64,000 nucleotides of DNA from an uncultured bacterium (GTDB lineage Bacteria > UBA8481): contig CAZCME010000001.1 of NCBI GenBank assembly GCA_964499705.1, forward strand, positions 72,943 through 136,942. Reading direction: 5' to 3'. Position 1 is the first letter of the stretch; every line of letters begins with the position of its first letter. This document shows positions 1-14,326 of the stretch, piece by piece. The notes beneath the pieces are model-generated. The model saw nothing but the letters and a program-made list of their open reading frames with translations, made no database searches and had not been told where the DNA came from. The position numbers and the translations under genes are program-made.

Positions 1-1017
1 GTTTCCTCCGTACGCATCCGCGTCGATGGCCGGAATGTCCTGCTCACCTCGCGCTCCCGGTTGCCCTGGCGCGCATCGCCGCGAGCGGGATTCGCGGTGG
101 TGGAGGGAAGACCCTATCGCGGGGGCATTATCGTCCGGCGTTCAAGCAACAGGATCACCGTCGTCAACGAGCTCGACATGGAGGATTACCTCAAGGGCGT
201 CGTTCCCGCGGAGATGCCCGCGACATTTCCGCTGGAGGCGCTCAAGGCGCAGGCCGTCGCGGCACGCACCTATGCACGCTATCGCGCCGCTCAGTCCGGA
301 TTCTCCGGCCTGCTGCCGACCGTCTCGGATCAGGTGTATCGCGGCGTCGCCGCGGAATCGGACACTTCGAACAACGCCGTCACATCCACTACCGGCGAGG
401 TGCTCGCTCTGGGCGCCGATGTCATCCCCGCTTATTTTCATTCCACATGCGGAGGCATGTCCGAGCGGGCGTCGCATGTCTGGCCGCCGACATCGCGGCA
501 GCCGCGCGATCGCACCTGGCTCGATGCCGACCGATACATCTTCGTGCCGTCTCCGGATGGATTCTGCATGGCTTCTCCGCACTTCGTTTGGACATCGCGG
601 ATTCCCGTGTCGCAGATGGCCGCCGTGATCCGGAAGCTGACCGGAAGGCGGGGGCTTTTATCACTGGGGATATCCGCGAGAAATGAATCCTGGCGGGCCG
701 CGAATTTCGAGGCTGTCTTTCACGTCCGAAAGGATGACACCGCGACGATGCTCATCAACGGGCCGCGGCTGCGAATGGCGGTCGGCCCGAACCGGCTGAA
801 GTCGCTTCTCTGCGATGTCCGGGTCGAAGAAAATGATTTCGTCTTCACCGGCAACGGATGGGGGCATGGCGTCGGGCTCTGCCAGTGGGGCGCGCACGGC
901 ATGGCATCCGCCGGTTTCGACTATCGCGCGATTCTCCGGAAATATTATCCCGGCGCGGTCCTGGATGGCCCCGCGCGAATCGAGGATTGGCCGAGCGCGC
1001 CGCTTGAGCCGGCATGA
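1..1017 (+). CDS. SpoIID/LytB domain protein (lytic transglycosylase-like), 5' truncated by window edge
   Basis: Frame is open from base 1. Motifs EDYLKGVVPAEM, EALKAQAVAARTYA, DQVY, YFHSTCGG and GWGHGVGLCQWGA are typical of SpoIID/LytB. Confidence 0.9.
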   Translation, partial: VSSVRIRVDGRNVLLTSRSRLPWRASPRAGFAVVEGRPYRGGIIVRRSSNRITVVNELDMEDYLKGVVPAEMPATFPLEALKAQAVAARTYARYRAAQSGFSGLLPTVSDQVYRGVAAESDTSNNAVTSTTGEVLALGADVIPAYFHSTCGGMSERASHVWPPTSRQPRDRTWLDADRYIFVPSPDGFCMASPHFVWTSRIPVSQMAAVIRKLTGRRGLLSLGISARNESWRAANFEAVFHVRKDDTATMLINGPRLRMAVGPNRLKSLLCDVRVEENDFVFTGNGWGHGVGLCQWGAHGMASAGFDYRAILRKYYPGAVLDGPARIEDWPSAPLEPA

Positions 1018-2042
1018 CCGGCAGGTCCCATGACGAGGCGCATTACGATATCCCGCTTCCTGAGGAACTGATTGCACGGTATCCCGCTCCGCTTCGCGAC
1101 GCATCGCGGCTCATGGGCGTCGATTCCCTCGCCGGCAAAATCGAGGACCTCGGATTGTTTCACAACCTGCCCGCTCATATCCGGCCGGGCGATCTGCTCG
1201 TCGTCAATGACACGCGTGTTTTCCGAGCCCGCCTGCGGGGGAAACGAAGAACGGGCGGCGCCGTGGAAACCGTTCTCCTGTCGCAGAACGGGCCCGTCGT
1301 GCCCGCTCTCGTGCGACCCTTGACGAAATTGAAGCCGGGGGAGCCGATACTCTTCGGCGATATCGAGGCGCGGATCGGAAGAAGGCTCGAAGGGGGGCCG
1401 GTCGAGCTGGACTTCGGAGATATCGATCTGCCTGAATTTGTCGCTCGCCGCGGTTTGGTGCCCCTGCCTCCGTATATCAAGCGGCCTCCGGAAGAGGTCG
1501 ACGCGGAGCGGTATCAGACCGTGTATGCGGCGAAGGAGGATCGGCTGGGAGCGGTCGCGGCTCCGACGGCCGGATTTCACTTCACGATTGATCTGCTCGA
1601 CCGCATCCGCGCCGCGGGCGGGGAGATCGCGGCTCTGACGCTCCATGTCGGCTATGGAACTTTCGCTCCCGTCGAACCCGGCCAGACGAGGCTTCATCCC
1701 GAGCGATACGAAATCCCGGCGGAAACCGTACGGAAGATCGAATCGCGACGCGGTCGGCTCATCGCCGTGGGCACCACCGTGATCCGGGCTCTGGAATCAT
1801 GGAAATCCAGCGGGAAATCAAGCGGCGAAACCGACATCTACATCCGGCCCGGCCACGTTTTCCGTTCCGCCGAGACGCTCATCACAAATTTTCACCTTCC
1901 CGGATCGTCGCTATTGAGGCTCGTGCACGCTTTCGCGGGCGATCTTATCTTCGAGGCCTATCGCAAGGCCGTGGCGGAGCAATGGCGGTTTTATTCCTAT
2001 GGGGACGCGATGCTCGTGTCACGCCGCAACGAAAACGGATGA
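1014..2042 (+). CDS. queA: S-adenosylmethionine:tRNA ribosyltransferase-isomerase
   Basis: LPEELIA, VNDTRV, PLPPYI, RYQTVYA, AAPTAGFHF, TLHVGYGTF, TNFHLP and FYSYGDAM motifs; ATGA overlap with the upstream gene. Confidence 0.96.
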   Translation: MTGRSHDEAHYDIPLPEELIARYPAPLRDASRLMGVDSLAGKIEDLGLFHNLPAHIRPGDLLVVNDTRVFRARLRGKRRTGGAVETVLLSQNGPVVPALVRPLTKLKPGEPILFGDIEARIGRRLEGGPVELDFGDIDLPEFVARRGLVPLPPYIKRPPEEVDAERYQTVYAAKEDRLGAVAAPTAGFHFTIDLLDRIRAAGGEIAALTLHVGYGTFAPVEPGQTRLHPERYEIPAETVRKIESRRGRLIAVGTTVIRALESWKSSGKSSGETDIYIRPGHVFRSAETLITNFHLPGSSLLRLVHAFAGDLIFEAYRKAVAEQWRFYSYGDAMLVSRRNENG

Positions 2043-2141
2043 GCGTAATCCGTTGATTTTCACCCGGGTATTGCCGCTAACCGCCTCGTCGTTCGCTCTT
2101 GTCACAACCCACTCCTGAGTGCTAAAGTTTGGTGCTGAAAC

Positions 2142-3500
2142 ATGAATCCATCCGATAACGAATTTTCCAGCCGTCTGCGCGTCGCGGTCACGGCTTTCAT
2201 CGTTGCCGCTCTTGCGATCGGCGGACTGGTGTATGTGGTGGAGATCCAAGCGGTGCCGGCGCTGCGGAGCGAGAATGAGCGGCGCGTGAGCTCCATGCCG
2301 GGATACTTCGCCGCAGCGAATCAGAAAGCGCTTGCTTCGGGCGACATAGCCGCAATGAGGTCGACGCTCGATCAGATCATGGCGGGGTCCCAGGGGAGCG
2401 GACTGAAATATGTCATCATCCAGGATGCGGACGGAAAGATCCTGGCGGACGCGTATTCGCAGGACATGGCGCGCACGGAAAAAGATCTGGTGATATACGA
2501 TCTGCAGCGGTACGGAGCCCGTGCGAGACAGCAGACCGCTGACGGAGCCGAGAAGGATCAGTCCCGGATGGATCGGCTCCAGCAGGAAGCGTTCACGGGA
2601 AGTGAAACCGCGGAAGGCGCTGCCGCCGCGACGGCACCGGCGACGGACGGCAACCTGCCGAATATCGATCAGCGCATGTCATGGACTCTGCCCAGTTTCG
2701 ATCCTCCGCTCATCGATTATGCCGTTCCCATAACGACCGGCACCATCAGCTTCGGCGGAGTGCGCATCGGAGTCCAGGATGAGGTCAATCCCGCGATCCG
2801 CAAGCTGCGGACGTTCGCCTATTCCGGCGCCGTCGCCGTTCTTATTCTCTCTCAGGTTCTCGCGATCTTCATCTCCGCGAGCCTCGATGCCGGCATCCTG
2901 AACCTGGCCAACGGAGCGGCGGATTCCGTCAGGAAGGAACTGGAGCAGCGGATCAAGCAGCTCGAAGTCGAGCAGACGCGGAAGGAAGAGGAGAACCCGA
3001 TCTCGCCCGCCGAATTCCTCGCGCTCCTCGATTTCGCCCGTAAGATCTCCGGGTCGCTCGATTACAACGAGGTTCTCGCCATCAGCATCCATTCCTGCCT
3101 GCAGGTCATGAGCGTTCGGGATGTCTCCATCTTTGTCCTGGACCCGGTCGCCAATGAACTCGTGGGACGGATCGGACACGACGAGAACGGATTCATGGAC
3201 GAGTCGGAGATGGCCAAGATTCGCGTGCCAATCGGCAAGGGCGATATCGGAACAGCCGCGGAGTTCGGAACGACGACGACGATCGACAGCCCCCGGCCGG
3301 GCGCCGCTGTCGTGTCCGCGCTCGTCGCGCACGGCCGCACCATCGGCGTGATTCTCGTCCGGAACAAGCTGAACGGCCGCCCCTTCGTGAAGAAGGACCA
3401 GACGATGCTCCGGATCTTCTCCGGGCTCCTGGCGAACGCGATGGAAAACACGGCGATTTTCCATCACATGAACACTCAACAGCAGCAGGCGCAGGGATAG
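2142..3500 (+). CDS. Membrane sensor-like protein: TM, periplasmic domain, TM, coiled coil, C-terminal GAF domain
   Basis: Two hydrophobic segments; C-terminal GAF signature (ISGSLDYNEVL...SIFVLD...GVILVRNK...PFVKKDQTML...LANAMEN). Confidence 0.7.
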   Translation: MNPSDNEFSSRLRVAVTAFIVAALAIGGLVYVVEIQAVPALRSENERRVSSMPGYFAAANQKALASGDIAAMRSTLDQIMAGSQGSGLKYVIIQDADGKILADAYSQDMARTEKDLVIYDLQRYGARARQQTADGAEKDQSRMDRLQQEAFTGSETAEGAAAATAPATDGNLPNIDQRMSWTLPSFDPPLIDYAVPITTGTISFGGVRIGVQDEVNPAIRKLRTFAYSGAVAVLILSQVLAIFISASLDAGILNLANGAADSVRKELEQRIKQLEVEQTRKEEENPISPAEFLALLDFARKISGSLDYNEVLAISIHSCLQVMSVRDVSIFVLDPVANELVGRIGHDENGFMDESEMAKIRVPIGKGDIGTAAEFGTTTTIDSPRPGAAVVSALVAHGRTIGVILVRNKLNGRPFVKKDQTMLRIFSGLLANAMENTAIFHHMNTQQQQAQG

Positions 3501-3509
3501 AGGTTTTAG

Positions 3510-3578
3510 AACCACGAAGACACTAAGTCACGAAGAAGAATCAATTATATGATTTCGTGACATTGTGTCTTCGTGGTT
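3510..3578. repeat. Imperfect inverted repeat (AACCACGAAGACAC...GTGTCTTCGTGGTT), CACGAA repeat family
   Basis: 14-bp outer arms 3510-3523/3565-3578 and inner GTCACGAA/TTCGTGAC; related to the arms of the 42936-43156 element. Confidence 0.8.
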
Positions 3579-3601
3579 AATATTTTTGAGGAGTCAAGCA
3601 C

Positions 3602-5777
<2,176 letters not shown>

Positions 5778-5818
5778 GGAGACGAAACCCGATTCGTTTC
5801 AGGTAAAATACGGGACAG

Positions 5819-5888
5819 ATAATACGGGGACAGTATACTATTATCCGTGAATAAATTCACGGATAATAGTATACTGTCCCCGTATTAT
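5819..5888. repeat. Perfect 70-bp palindrome (34-bp arms, 2-nt centre) between convergent mdh and fabF; likely bidirectional terminator or REP-like element
   Basis: ATAATACGGGGACAGTATACTATTATCCGTGAAT-AA-ATTCACGGATAATAGTATACTGTCCCCGTATTAT read directly from the sequence. Confidence 0.95.
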
Positions 5889-7123
5889 TTCCGGAATGCC
5901 AGCACCGCGTTCTGGCCGCCGAAACCGAAGGAATTGGAGAGCGCTACGTTCACGCACGCTTCGCGCGCCGTGTTGGGCACATAATCGAGATCGCACGCGG
6001 GATCCGGATTCTCGAGGTTGATCGTGGGCGGGATGACTCCATGGCGGATCGCGAGGATCGCCGCGGCGGCTTCGATTCCGCCTGCGGCTCCGAAAGTATG
6101 CCCCGTCATCGATTTTGTGGACGATATGGCGACTTGGCGCGCGTGGTTTCCCAGGGCCTTCGAAATCGCCAGCGTCTCCGCGGCATCGTTGGCCGGCGTC
6201 GACGTGCCGTGCGCGTTGATATAGCCGACCTCATCCGTATTGACCTTCGCGTCTTCCAGGGCCAGTTCCATGGCGCGCGCGGCGCCGGTACCTTCGGGGT
6301 GGGGCGCCACGATATGATGAGCGTCGCAGGTGGCTCCGTATCCGGCGAGCCTTGCGTACGCCCGCGCGCCGCGCCTGGCCGCGTGCTCCTGCGATTCGAT
6401 GCAGAGAATTCCCGCTCCTTCGCCGATGACGAATCCGTCCCGGTTGCGATCGAACGGCCGCGACGCGCGCGCCGGCTCGTCGTTGCGGCGTGACAGGGCC
6501 TTCATCGAGTCATAGCAATCCATCACGACCGGATGGATGCACGCTTCGGCGCCGCCCGCCAGGACGATGTCGCATCGGCCGTTCCGGAGGAGATCGAGCG
6601 CCATGCCGATGGCGTGCGATCCGGATGCGCAGGCCGTCGTGACGTCGCAATTGACGCCCGTGACGGAAAGCTCCAGGGCGACCGCGCTGGCCGCCATGTT
6701 GACGATCACCTTGGGAATGCCGAACGGATTATTGTGGCCCGGCCCCTTGTTCACTCGGGACGCGCACGCCGCGGATATGCCTTCGTAGTCGCCCGCCGCA
6801 ACGCCGATGATGACCCCGATGCGCGTCCTGTCCGCGTTGGCCAGGTCCAGCCCCGCGTCCTCGACCGCCAGGTGCGCCGCGCCGACCGCGAGCTGGGAAA
6901 AACGGGCCAGGCGCTTGATCTTTTTCGGTTCGATCCATCGCCTGGCATCGAAGTCGCGGACTTCGCCGGCGATTCTCGAAGAGTGCCCTGTCGGGTCGAA
7001 GGATTTTACGGTGTCGATGCCGGAGCGGCCATGGATGGCGGCATCCCAGAATGCGGCCGCGCCGATTCCGATCGGGCTGATGATCCCGAGACCGGTGACG
7101 AGAGGATCAGAGCCGGATTTCAA
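5885..7123 (-). CDS. fabF: Beta-ketoacyl-ACP synthase II
   Basis: TACASG (catalytic Cys), NAHGTST and GHTFGAAG (His pair), [22 protein letters not shown] overlap with the sdhB stop. Confidence 0.92.
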   Translation of the reverse strand: MKSGSDPLVTGLGIISPIGIGAAAFWDAAIHGRSGIDTVKSFDPTGHSSRIAGEVRDFDARRWIEPKKIKRLARFSQLAVGAAHLAVEDAGLDLANADRTRIGVIIGVAAGDYEGISAACASRVNKGPGHNNPFGIPKVIVNMAASAVALELSVTGVNCDVTTACASGSHAIGMALDLLRNGRCDIVLAGGAEACIHPVVMDCYDSMKALSRRNDEPARASRPFDRNRDGFVIGEGAGILCIESQEHAARRGARAYARLAGYGATCDAHHIVAPHPEGTGAARAMELALEDAKVNTDEVGYINAHGTSTPANDAAETLAISKALGNHARQVAISSTKSMTGHTFGAAGGIEAAAAILAIRHGVIPPTINLENPDPACDLDYVPNTAREACVNVALSNSFGFGGQNAVLAFRK

Positions 7124-7893
7124 ACTCCGCCGTCCGCGCGCTCCTCATTCCCGCCCGCCACGCTGGACCAGATGTAGTCGCGGTTCATTCGCGCGATGAA
7201 GTCGATGCTGATGGACTTGGGACAGACAGATTCGCATTCGCCGTGATTCGTGCAGTTGCCGAATCCTTCCGCGTCCATCGTCGAGACCATATGCTTCGCC
7301 CGGCGCATCCGCTCGGGCTGGCCCTGCGGCATGAGCCCGAGGTGCGAGATCTTCGCGGCCGTGAACAGGGAAGCCGATGCGTTGGGACATGCCGCGACGC
7401 AGGCTCCGCAGCCGATGCACTGCGCGGCATCCATCGCGAGATCGGAATTTTCCTTGGGCACGAGGATCGCGTTGCCGTCCTGGGGGCTGCCGGTCGGCGC
7501 GGAGATAAATCCTCCGGAAGAGATGATCTTGTCAAAGGCAGTCCGGTTCACAACGAGATCCCGGATGACGGGAAAGGCCTTCGCGCGCCATGGTTCGAGA
7601 TAGAGGTCGTCTCCGTCCTTGAATTTCCGCATGTGCAGCTGGCAGACGGTCGTGCCGCGGTCGGGGCCGTGGGCCACGCCGGAGATCATGAATCCGCACA
7701 TGCCGCAGATTCCCTCGCGGCAGTCGTGGTCGAAGGCGATGGGGTCTTCGCCGAGCCCGGCGAGCTGTTCGTTCAGAATGTCGAGCATCTCCAGGAACGA
7801 CATGTCGGGGCTCACGTTCTTGACGTCATATTTCACGAACGCGCCCTTCTCATCCGCGGTTCTCTGGCGCCAGACATGCAATGTCAGGTTCAT
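7120..7893 (-). CDS. sdhB: Succinate dehydrogenase/fumarate reductase iron-sulfur subunit
   Basis: [22 protein letters not shown] and [12 protein letters not shown] Fe-S motifs; alternative GTG start at 7926. Confidence 0.94.
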   Translation of the reverse strand: MNLTLHVWRQRTADEKGAFVKYDVKNVSPDMSFLEMLDILNEQLAGLGEDPIAFDHDCREGICGMCGFMISGVAHGPDRGTTVCQLHMRKFKDGDDLYLEPWRAKAFPVIRDLVVNRTAFDKIISSGGFISAPTGSPQDGNAILVPKENSDLAMDAAQCIGCGACVAACPNASASLFTAAKISHLGLMPQGQPERMRRAKHMVSTMDAEGFGNCTNHGECESVCPKSISIDFIARMNRDYIWSSVAGGNEERADGGV

Positions 7894-7922
7894 GGATCCG
7901 CCGTGACCGCCGGTCGAGGTCG

Positions 7923-9832
<1,910 letters not shown>

Positions 9833-9836
<4 letters not shown>

Positions 9837-10489
9837 GAGATGTATCCCGAGAGGATGGCGACGGGAATGGCGATGTTTCCGGCGCAGATCGCCAGCGCGG
9901 TCGCGGCGGAAAAACAGCGGCGCAGGTTGTTGTACCGGGGATGATTCAGCCCCAGCGTCTGGAAGAGGCTCCAGAGGCCGTGGAAGAGATGCAGGCCCAG
10001 CGCGAGCATCGCGAGGATGTACACGCCGGAGATGATCGGGCTCTGGAATCCGCTCACGACGTTGCGGTAGACATCCTCCTGCATGTGTTCCGGTCCGACG
10101 ACGCCGAACGTGAGATGAAGGAGATGATATCCAACGAAGAGCAGGATGATGATGCCGCCCTGGCGCATTGTGCGCGCCGCGAAGTTCGTCGCGATCATCT
10201 CGTGCCTGGCATAACCGACGGGTCGGGCTTCGCGGGCGAGCTGGGCGAGCGCGAGCGCCGCGCCCACGTGTATGAGGAGCGACGAGAGGAGGACGATCCG
10301 GGCTCCCCAGAGCATAGCGGGTTTGGCGTGGAGAAATTCCGCGTAGGCGTTCAAGGCGTCAGGCCCCTTGAAAACCAGGAGATTTCCCAGCATGTGGCCG
10401 ACGACGAAGCCGAAGAGGATCACACCGGTCACCGACATCATGATCTTCTGACCGACGGTCGATTTCAGAAATGAAAGCAGGCAGGACAT
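9833..10489 (-). CDS. sdhC: Succinate dehydrogenase cytochrome b subunit (b558 type, single membrane anchor)
   Basis: [19 protein letters not shown] and HLFHG heme-ligand motifs in a multi-TM protein. ATG 10489 preferred because a -10 box lies 7 nt upstream. Confidence 0.92.
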
Positions 10490-10549
10490 CTCGTCGATCA
10501 TATGAGAAGTGGAGCGAGCGCGTAAAGTTTGAAAAGTGAAAATTGTAAA

Positions 10550-10578
10550 TTGAATTCTCCGGTCCGGCTCCGTATGAT
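10550..10578 (+). promoter_or_regulatory. Putative sigma70 promoter of sucCD
   Basis: TTGAAT (10550-55), 17-bp spacer, TATGAT (10573-78); ATG 9 nt downstream. Confidence 0.6.
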
Positions 10579-10587
10579 GCGGACTCG

Positions 10588-11748
10588 ATGAAGATCCACG
10601 AATACCAGGCCAAGTCGCTTTTGAAAGCCGCCGGTGCCCCCGTGCCGGCCGGTCAGGTGGCCTCCACGGTGGACGAAGCGATCGCGGCGTGGAAGGCCGC
10701 CGGTTCCGTCAAGGTCGCGGTCAAGGCTCAGATTCACGCCGGCGGCCGTGGCAAGGGAGGCGGCATCAAGCTCGGCACGACCGAGCAGGAAGTCCGCGAT
10801 GCGGCCTCGAAAATTCTCGGCATGACTTTGATCACGCACCAGACCGGGCCCGAGGGACGGCTCGTGAAGAAAGTTCTCGTGGAGGAAGCCGTCTCCATCG
10901 CGAAGGAACTCTACGCCGCGATCACGCTCGATCGCTCCGCCGGCCGCGCCGTACTGATGGTTTCGGCCTCCGGAGGCATGGACATCGAGGAAGTCGCCGC
11001 GAAGACGCCGGAGAAGATCATCCGCGTGCATCTTCATCCCACGCTCGGCCTGATGCCCTTCCAGGCGCGATCGCTGGCGTTTCAACTGGGCCTTGCGGAT
11101 AAAAGCGTATCCGGGTGCGTCAAGGTTCTCTCCGCGATGGCGAAGCTCTTCTTCGACAAGGATTGCTCCCTCGTCGAAGTCAATCCGCTCGCCGTCCTCA
11201 CCGACGGCCGCGTCCTGGCCGCCGACGGCAAGGTCGGCTTCGACGACTCCGCGTTGTATCGACATCCCGATGTCGAGGCGCTGCGTGATGAGGATGAAGA
11301 GGATCCCGCCGAGAAAGAGGCGCGCGAAGCGGAACTCTCCTACGTCAATCTCGACGGCGAAATCGGTTGCATGGTCAATGGAGCCGGACTTGCGATGGGG
11401 ACGATGGACATCCTGAAGCATTTCGGCGGCTCGCCCGCGAACTTTCTGGATATCGGCGGCGGCGCCAAGCGCGAGCGCGTCGTGAAGGCGCTCCGGATTA
11501 TTCTCCGCGACCCTGCCGTTAAAGCCGTCTTCGTCAACATCTTCGGCGGCATTGTCCGCTGCGATGAAGTCGCGCACGGTATTATCGCCGCGAAGAACGA
11601 ACTCGGCATCAAGATCCCGATTACGATCCGGCTGACCGGCACGAACGAGGCCGAAGGCCGCCGGTTGCTGGAAGAGGCAGGATTCATCACGGGTGTCGGC
11701 TTGAACGAAGCCGCTCAGAAAGCGGTGGCTTCGGTGAAGAAGTCATGA
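10588..11748 (+). CDS. sucC: Succinyl-CoA synthetase beta subunit
   Basis: [57 protein letters not shown]. Confidence 0.97.
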   Translation: MKIHEYQAKSLLKAAGAPVPAGQVASTVDEAIAAWKAAGSVKVAVKAQIHAGGRGKGGGIKLGTTEQEVRDAASKILGMTLITHQTGPEGRLVKKVLVEEAVSIAKELYAAITLDRSAGRAVLMVSASGGMDIEEVAAKTPEKIIRVHLHPTLGLMPFQARSLAFQLGLADKSVSGCVKVLSAMAKLFFDKDCSLVEVNPLAVLTDGRVLAADGKVGFDDSALYRHPDVEALRDEDEEDPAEKEAREAELSYVNLDGEIGCMVNGAGLAMGTMDILKHFGGSPANFLDIGGGAKRERVVKALRIILRDPAVKAVFVNIFGGIVRCDEVAHGIIAAKNELGIKIPITIRLTGTNEAEGRRLLEEAGFITGVGLNEAAQKAVASVKKS

Positions 11749-12629
11749 GCATTCTCGTCGATAAGGACACGCGCCTTCTCGTGCAGGGCATCACAGGCGG
11801 AGAAGGATCGTATCACGCCGAAAAGATGATCGATTACGGAACGAAGATCGTCGCCGGCGTGACGCCGAACAAGGGCGGCACGAAGCACCTGAACGTTCCC
11901 GTCTTCAACACGGTCGCGGATGCCGTGAAGGAAACCGGCGCGAACGTCTCGGTCATCTACGTCCCCGCGCCGTTTGCTCCGGACGCCATCCTCGAAGCCG
12001 CCGACGCCGGAATTCCGCTCGTCATCTGCATTACCGAAGGCATTCCCGCGCTCGATATGATGCGCGTTCACGCGGCTCTTCCCGACCAGGTTCGGATCGT
12101 CGGGCCGAATTGTCCCGGAGTCATCACGCCGTCGGCGAAGTGCAAGGTCGGGATCATGCCGGCGCACATCCACAAGCCCGGCCGCATCGGCGTCGTCTCC
12201 CGCTCGGGCACGCTCACCTACGAGATCGTCTGGGCGCTCACGGAGTCCGGGCTGGGACAAACGACCGCGATCGGCATCGGCGGCGATCCGCTGCCGGGCA
12301 CGCGTTTCGTCGACGCGCTCGAGCTCTTCCGCAACGACGGGGAGACCGAAGGCGTCGTCATGATCGGCGAGATCGGCGGCACGGATGAAGAGGCCGCCGC
12401 GGCGCTTGTCGCGAAAGGCTATCCGAAGCCCGTCGTCGGCTTCATCGCTGGGCGCACGGCGCCTCCGGGCAAGAGAATGGGCCATGCCGGCGCGATCATC
12501 GCGGGCGGAAAAGGCACCGCCGCCGAAAAGCGCGCGGCCCTGAACGCCGCGGGCATCGAAGTCGCCGACCTTCCGGGCGATGTCGTTGCCCTTCTGAAGA
12601 AGAAGTTGAGCGCCGGGCCAAGGCCCTGA
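11745..12629 (+). CDS. sucD: Succinyl-CoA synthetase alpha subunit
   Basis: [40 protein letters not shown] (phospho-His). Confidence 0.97.
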   Translation: MSILVDKDTRLLVQGITGGEGSYHAEKMIDYGTKIVAGVTPNKGGTKHLNVPVFNTVADAVKETGANVSVIYVPAPFAPDAILEAADAGIPLVICITEGIPALDMMRVHAALPDQVRIVGPNCPGVITPSAKCKVGIMPAHIHKPGRIGVVSRSGTLTYEIVWALTESGLGQTTAIGIGGDPLPGTRFVDALELFRNDGETEGVVMIGEIGGTDEEAAAALVAKGYPKPVVGFIAGRTAPPGKRMGHAGAIIAGGKGTAAEKRAALNAAGIEVADLPGDVVALLKKKLSAGPRP

Positions 12630-12637
12630 CCCGAAAG

Positions 12638-13003
12638 TTGCATTGGATCCGCTTCGGCGGAACGGAGTACGGTCCCTTTTCCGAAAAACAGATCCGCGCG
12701 TGGCTCCAAGGAAGGACGATTTCCGCCGAGGATACCGTCTTCGAGCCTCTCTCCGGTAAATGGCTGCCCTTGAAAGATTGGGTTGCGGTCGAACAACCGG
12801 AGACGTCCACGCTCGATTCTTTGTCCGTTCCCAGCACCTATTCCCGCATCGCCGTCGCCGGCATGATCCTCATCCTTCTCTGGGCTTCCGCCTTCATCGG
12901 CTACAGGATCTGGACCGGCCGCTGGCCAATGCAGCCGGCGCACGAGGAACGGAGCCCCTTCCTGCCGCAGAACATGCGGCATGGAGGAGAAACGGGGACG
13001 TAG
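12638..13003 (+). CDS. GYF_2/DUF4339-like domain membrane protein
   Basis: W...YGPFS...W...W pattern followed by one TM helix; start uncertain (TTG). Confidence 0.55.
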   Translation: MHWIRFGGTEYGPFSEKQIRAWLQGRTISAEDTVFEPLSGKWLPLKDWVAVEQPETSTLDSLSVPSTYSRIAVAGMILILLWASAFIGYRIWTGRWPMQPAHEERSPFLPQNMRHGGETGT

Positions 13004-13008
13004 GGGGT

Positions 13009-13064
13009 GATGATTTCACATTTCACATTTAATTCAGGAATGTGGAATGTGGAATGTGAAATCG
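13009..13064. repeat. Heptamer tandem-repeat hairpin (TTCACAT / GAATGTG)
   Basis: GATGATTTCACATTTCACATT...GGAATGTGGAATGTGGAATGTGAAATCG; same ends as the 27456-27510 copy. Confidence 0.8.
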
Positions 13065-13113
13065 ATTCCGCTAAAGCCTCTAGAACCTCCTCAAATCTGC
13101 CGAAGACTTCCGT

Positions 13114-13932
13114 ATGCGCCCAGCCGTCCTCATCCTGCTGATCTTCATGGGACTCCCCGCCAGCGCCCAGAAATACGGCGTCCAGATCGGAGCCTTCAAG
13201 GAATTCGAGCGCGCGGAGCAGACACAGGAGGCGCTGGAAGAGGCGGGCTTCAATTCCTACTTCAGCGAGGCGGATGGATACAAGCGCGTCCGCGTCGGCC
13301 CCTTCACTTCGCGCCGCGAAGCCGAACAACAATCCGCCGCGCTCTGGCCCTTTCTTGTCGCTCGATTCGGCCCCCTCGAATTCGCCCGGCCGTGGGTCGT
13401 CATCGAGGATCGCGCCGTGGAGAATGCCCCGCTTCAATTCACCCCGGTCTCCGATCGTCTCGTGGAAACCCCGCTGGCCTGGCCGGGTGAACGCGCCACG
13501 CCCGAATGGGCGGGCGATTCGGCCGCGACGATCATCGCGGACGCCATGTCGCACCTCGGAATTCCCTACCGCTGGGGCGGAACGTCCGCGGAAGGTTTCG
13601 ATTGCTCGGGATTCGTGCAGTATCTCTTCGCGCGCTCCGGGCTCGCGATCCCGCGGCAGGCGAAAACGCAGATCAAGGTCGGCGATGACATCGGCGCGGA
13701 TGCCCTGACTCCGGGCGACCTGGTCTTCTTCAGCACGTATTCGCGCGGAGCCAGCCACGTGGGCATCTACATCGGGGAAGGCGACTTCATCCATTCCTCG
13801 AGCGGTGAAGGCCGCGTGACGATCACGCCGCTCGCGAAACGCTATTACGCCAACCGCTATCTCGGCGCGCGCCGCGTCCTCAATTTCGAGCCGGACGTGC
13901 TCCTGGAGATGACGAGGCTCGTCAACAGGTAG
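13114..13932 (+). CDS. SPOR domain + NlpC/P60 peptidoglycan endopeptidase
   Basis: Signal peptide, YGVQIGAF...RVRVGPF (SPOR), GIPYRWGG..GFDCSG, SHVGIY, FIHSS. Confidence 0.9.
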   Translation: MRPAVLILLIFMGLPASAQKYGVQIGAFKEFERAEQTQEALEEAGFNSYFSEADGYKRVRVGPFTSRREAEQQSAALWPFLVARFGPLEFARPWVVIEDRAVENAPLQFTPVSDRLVETPLAWPGERATPEWAGDSAATIIADAMSHLGIPYRWGGTSAEGFDCSGFVQYLFARSGLAIPRQAKTQIKVGDDIGADALTPGDLVFFSTYSRGASHVGIYIGEGDFIHSSSGEGRVTITPLAKRYYANRYLGARRVLNFEPDVLLEMTRLVNR

Positions 13933-13935
13933 GGA

Positions 13936-14226
13936 TTACTGGTTCTTGTAAACGTGATGCCGCGGACGGCCGCGGAGAATCTCCGCCTTGCCCCAGTCGG
14001 CGACCGCGCGGAACGCCTCGGATTTCATGAAGGCCGAGAAGGCGTCCTGGGTGTCCCACTCGCTGATGATGGCGTAGGACCCGGCGTCATCGACGCGCTT
14101 GTACAGATGGCTTTCCTTGTGCCCGGGAAACCCGGTTTTCATCGCTTCCAGCACCGCGTTGAATTTCTCCTCGAAGAGGACTTCTTTGCCGGGAAGCACT
14201 TCGTAATACATGCCGATCGTTATCAT
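13936..14226 (-). CDS. Antibiotic biosynthesis monooxygenase (ABM) family protein
   Basis: ~96 aa with PGKE..FE, FPG and SEWDTQDAF..F..SEAF patterns. Confidence 0.8.
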   Translation of the reverse strand: MITIGMYYEVLPGKEVLFEEKFNAVLEAMKTGFPGHKESHLYKRVDDAGSYAIISEWDTQDAFSAFMKSEAFRAVADWGKAEILRGRPRHHVYKNQ

Positions 14227-14326
14227 GCCCGTATTAATGCACAACTTTGTCCAGAATAGAAATCAAAAATGAAAATTCGCGGATCGTAAATCGTAATTCG
14301 CCTCCCGAATTGACGATATTAATCGC

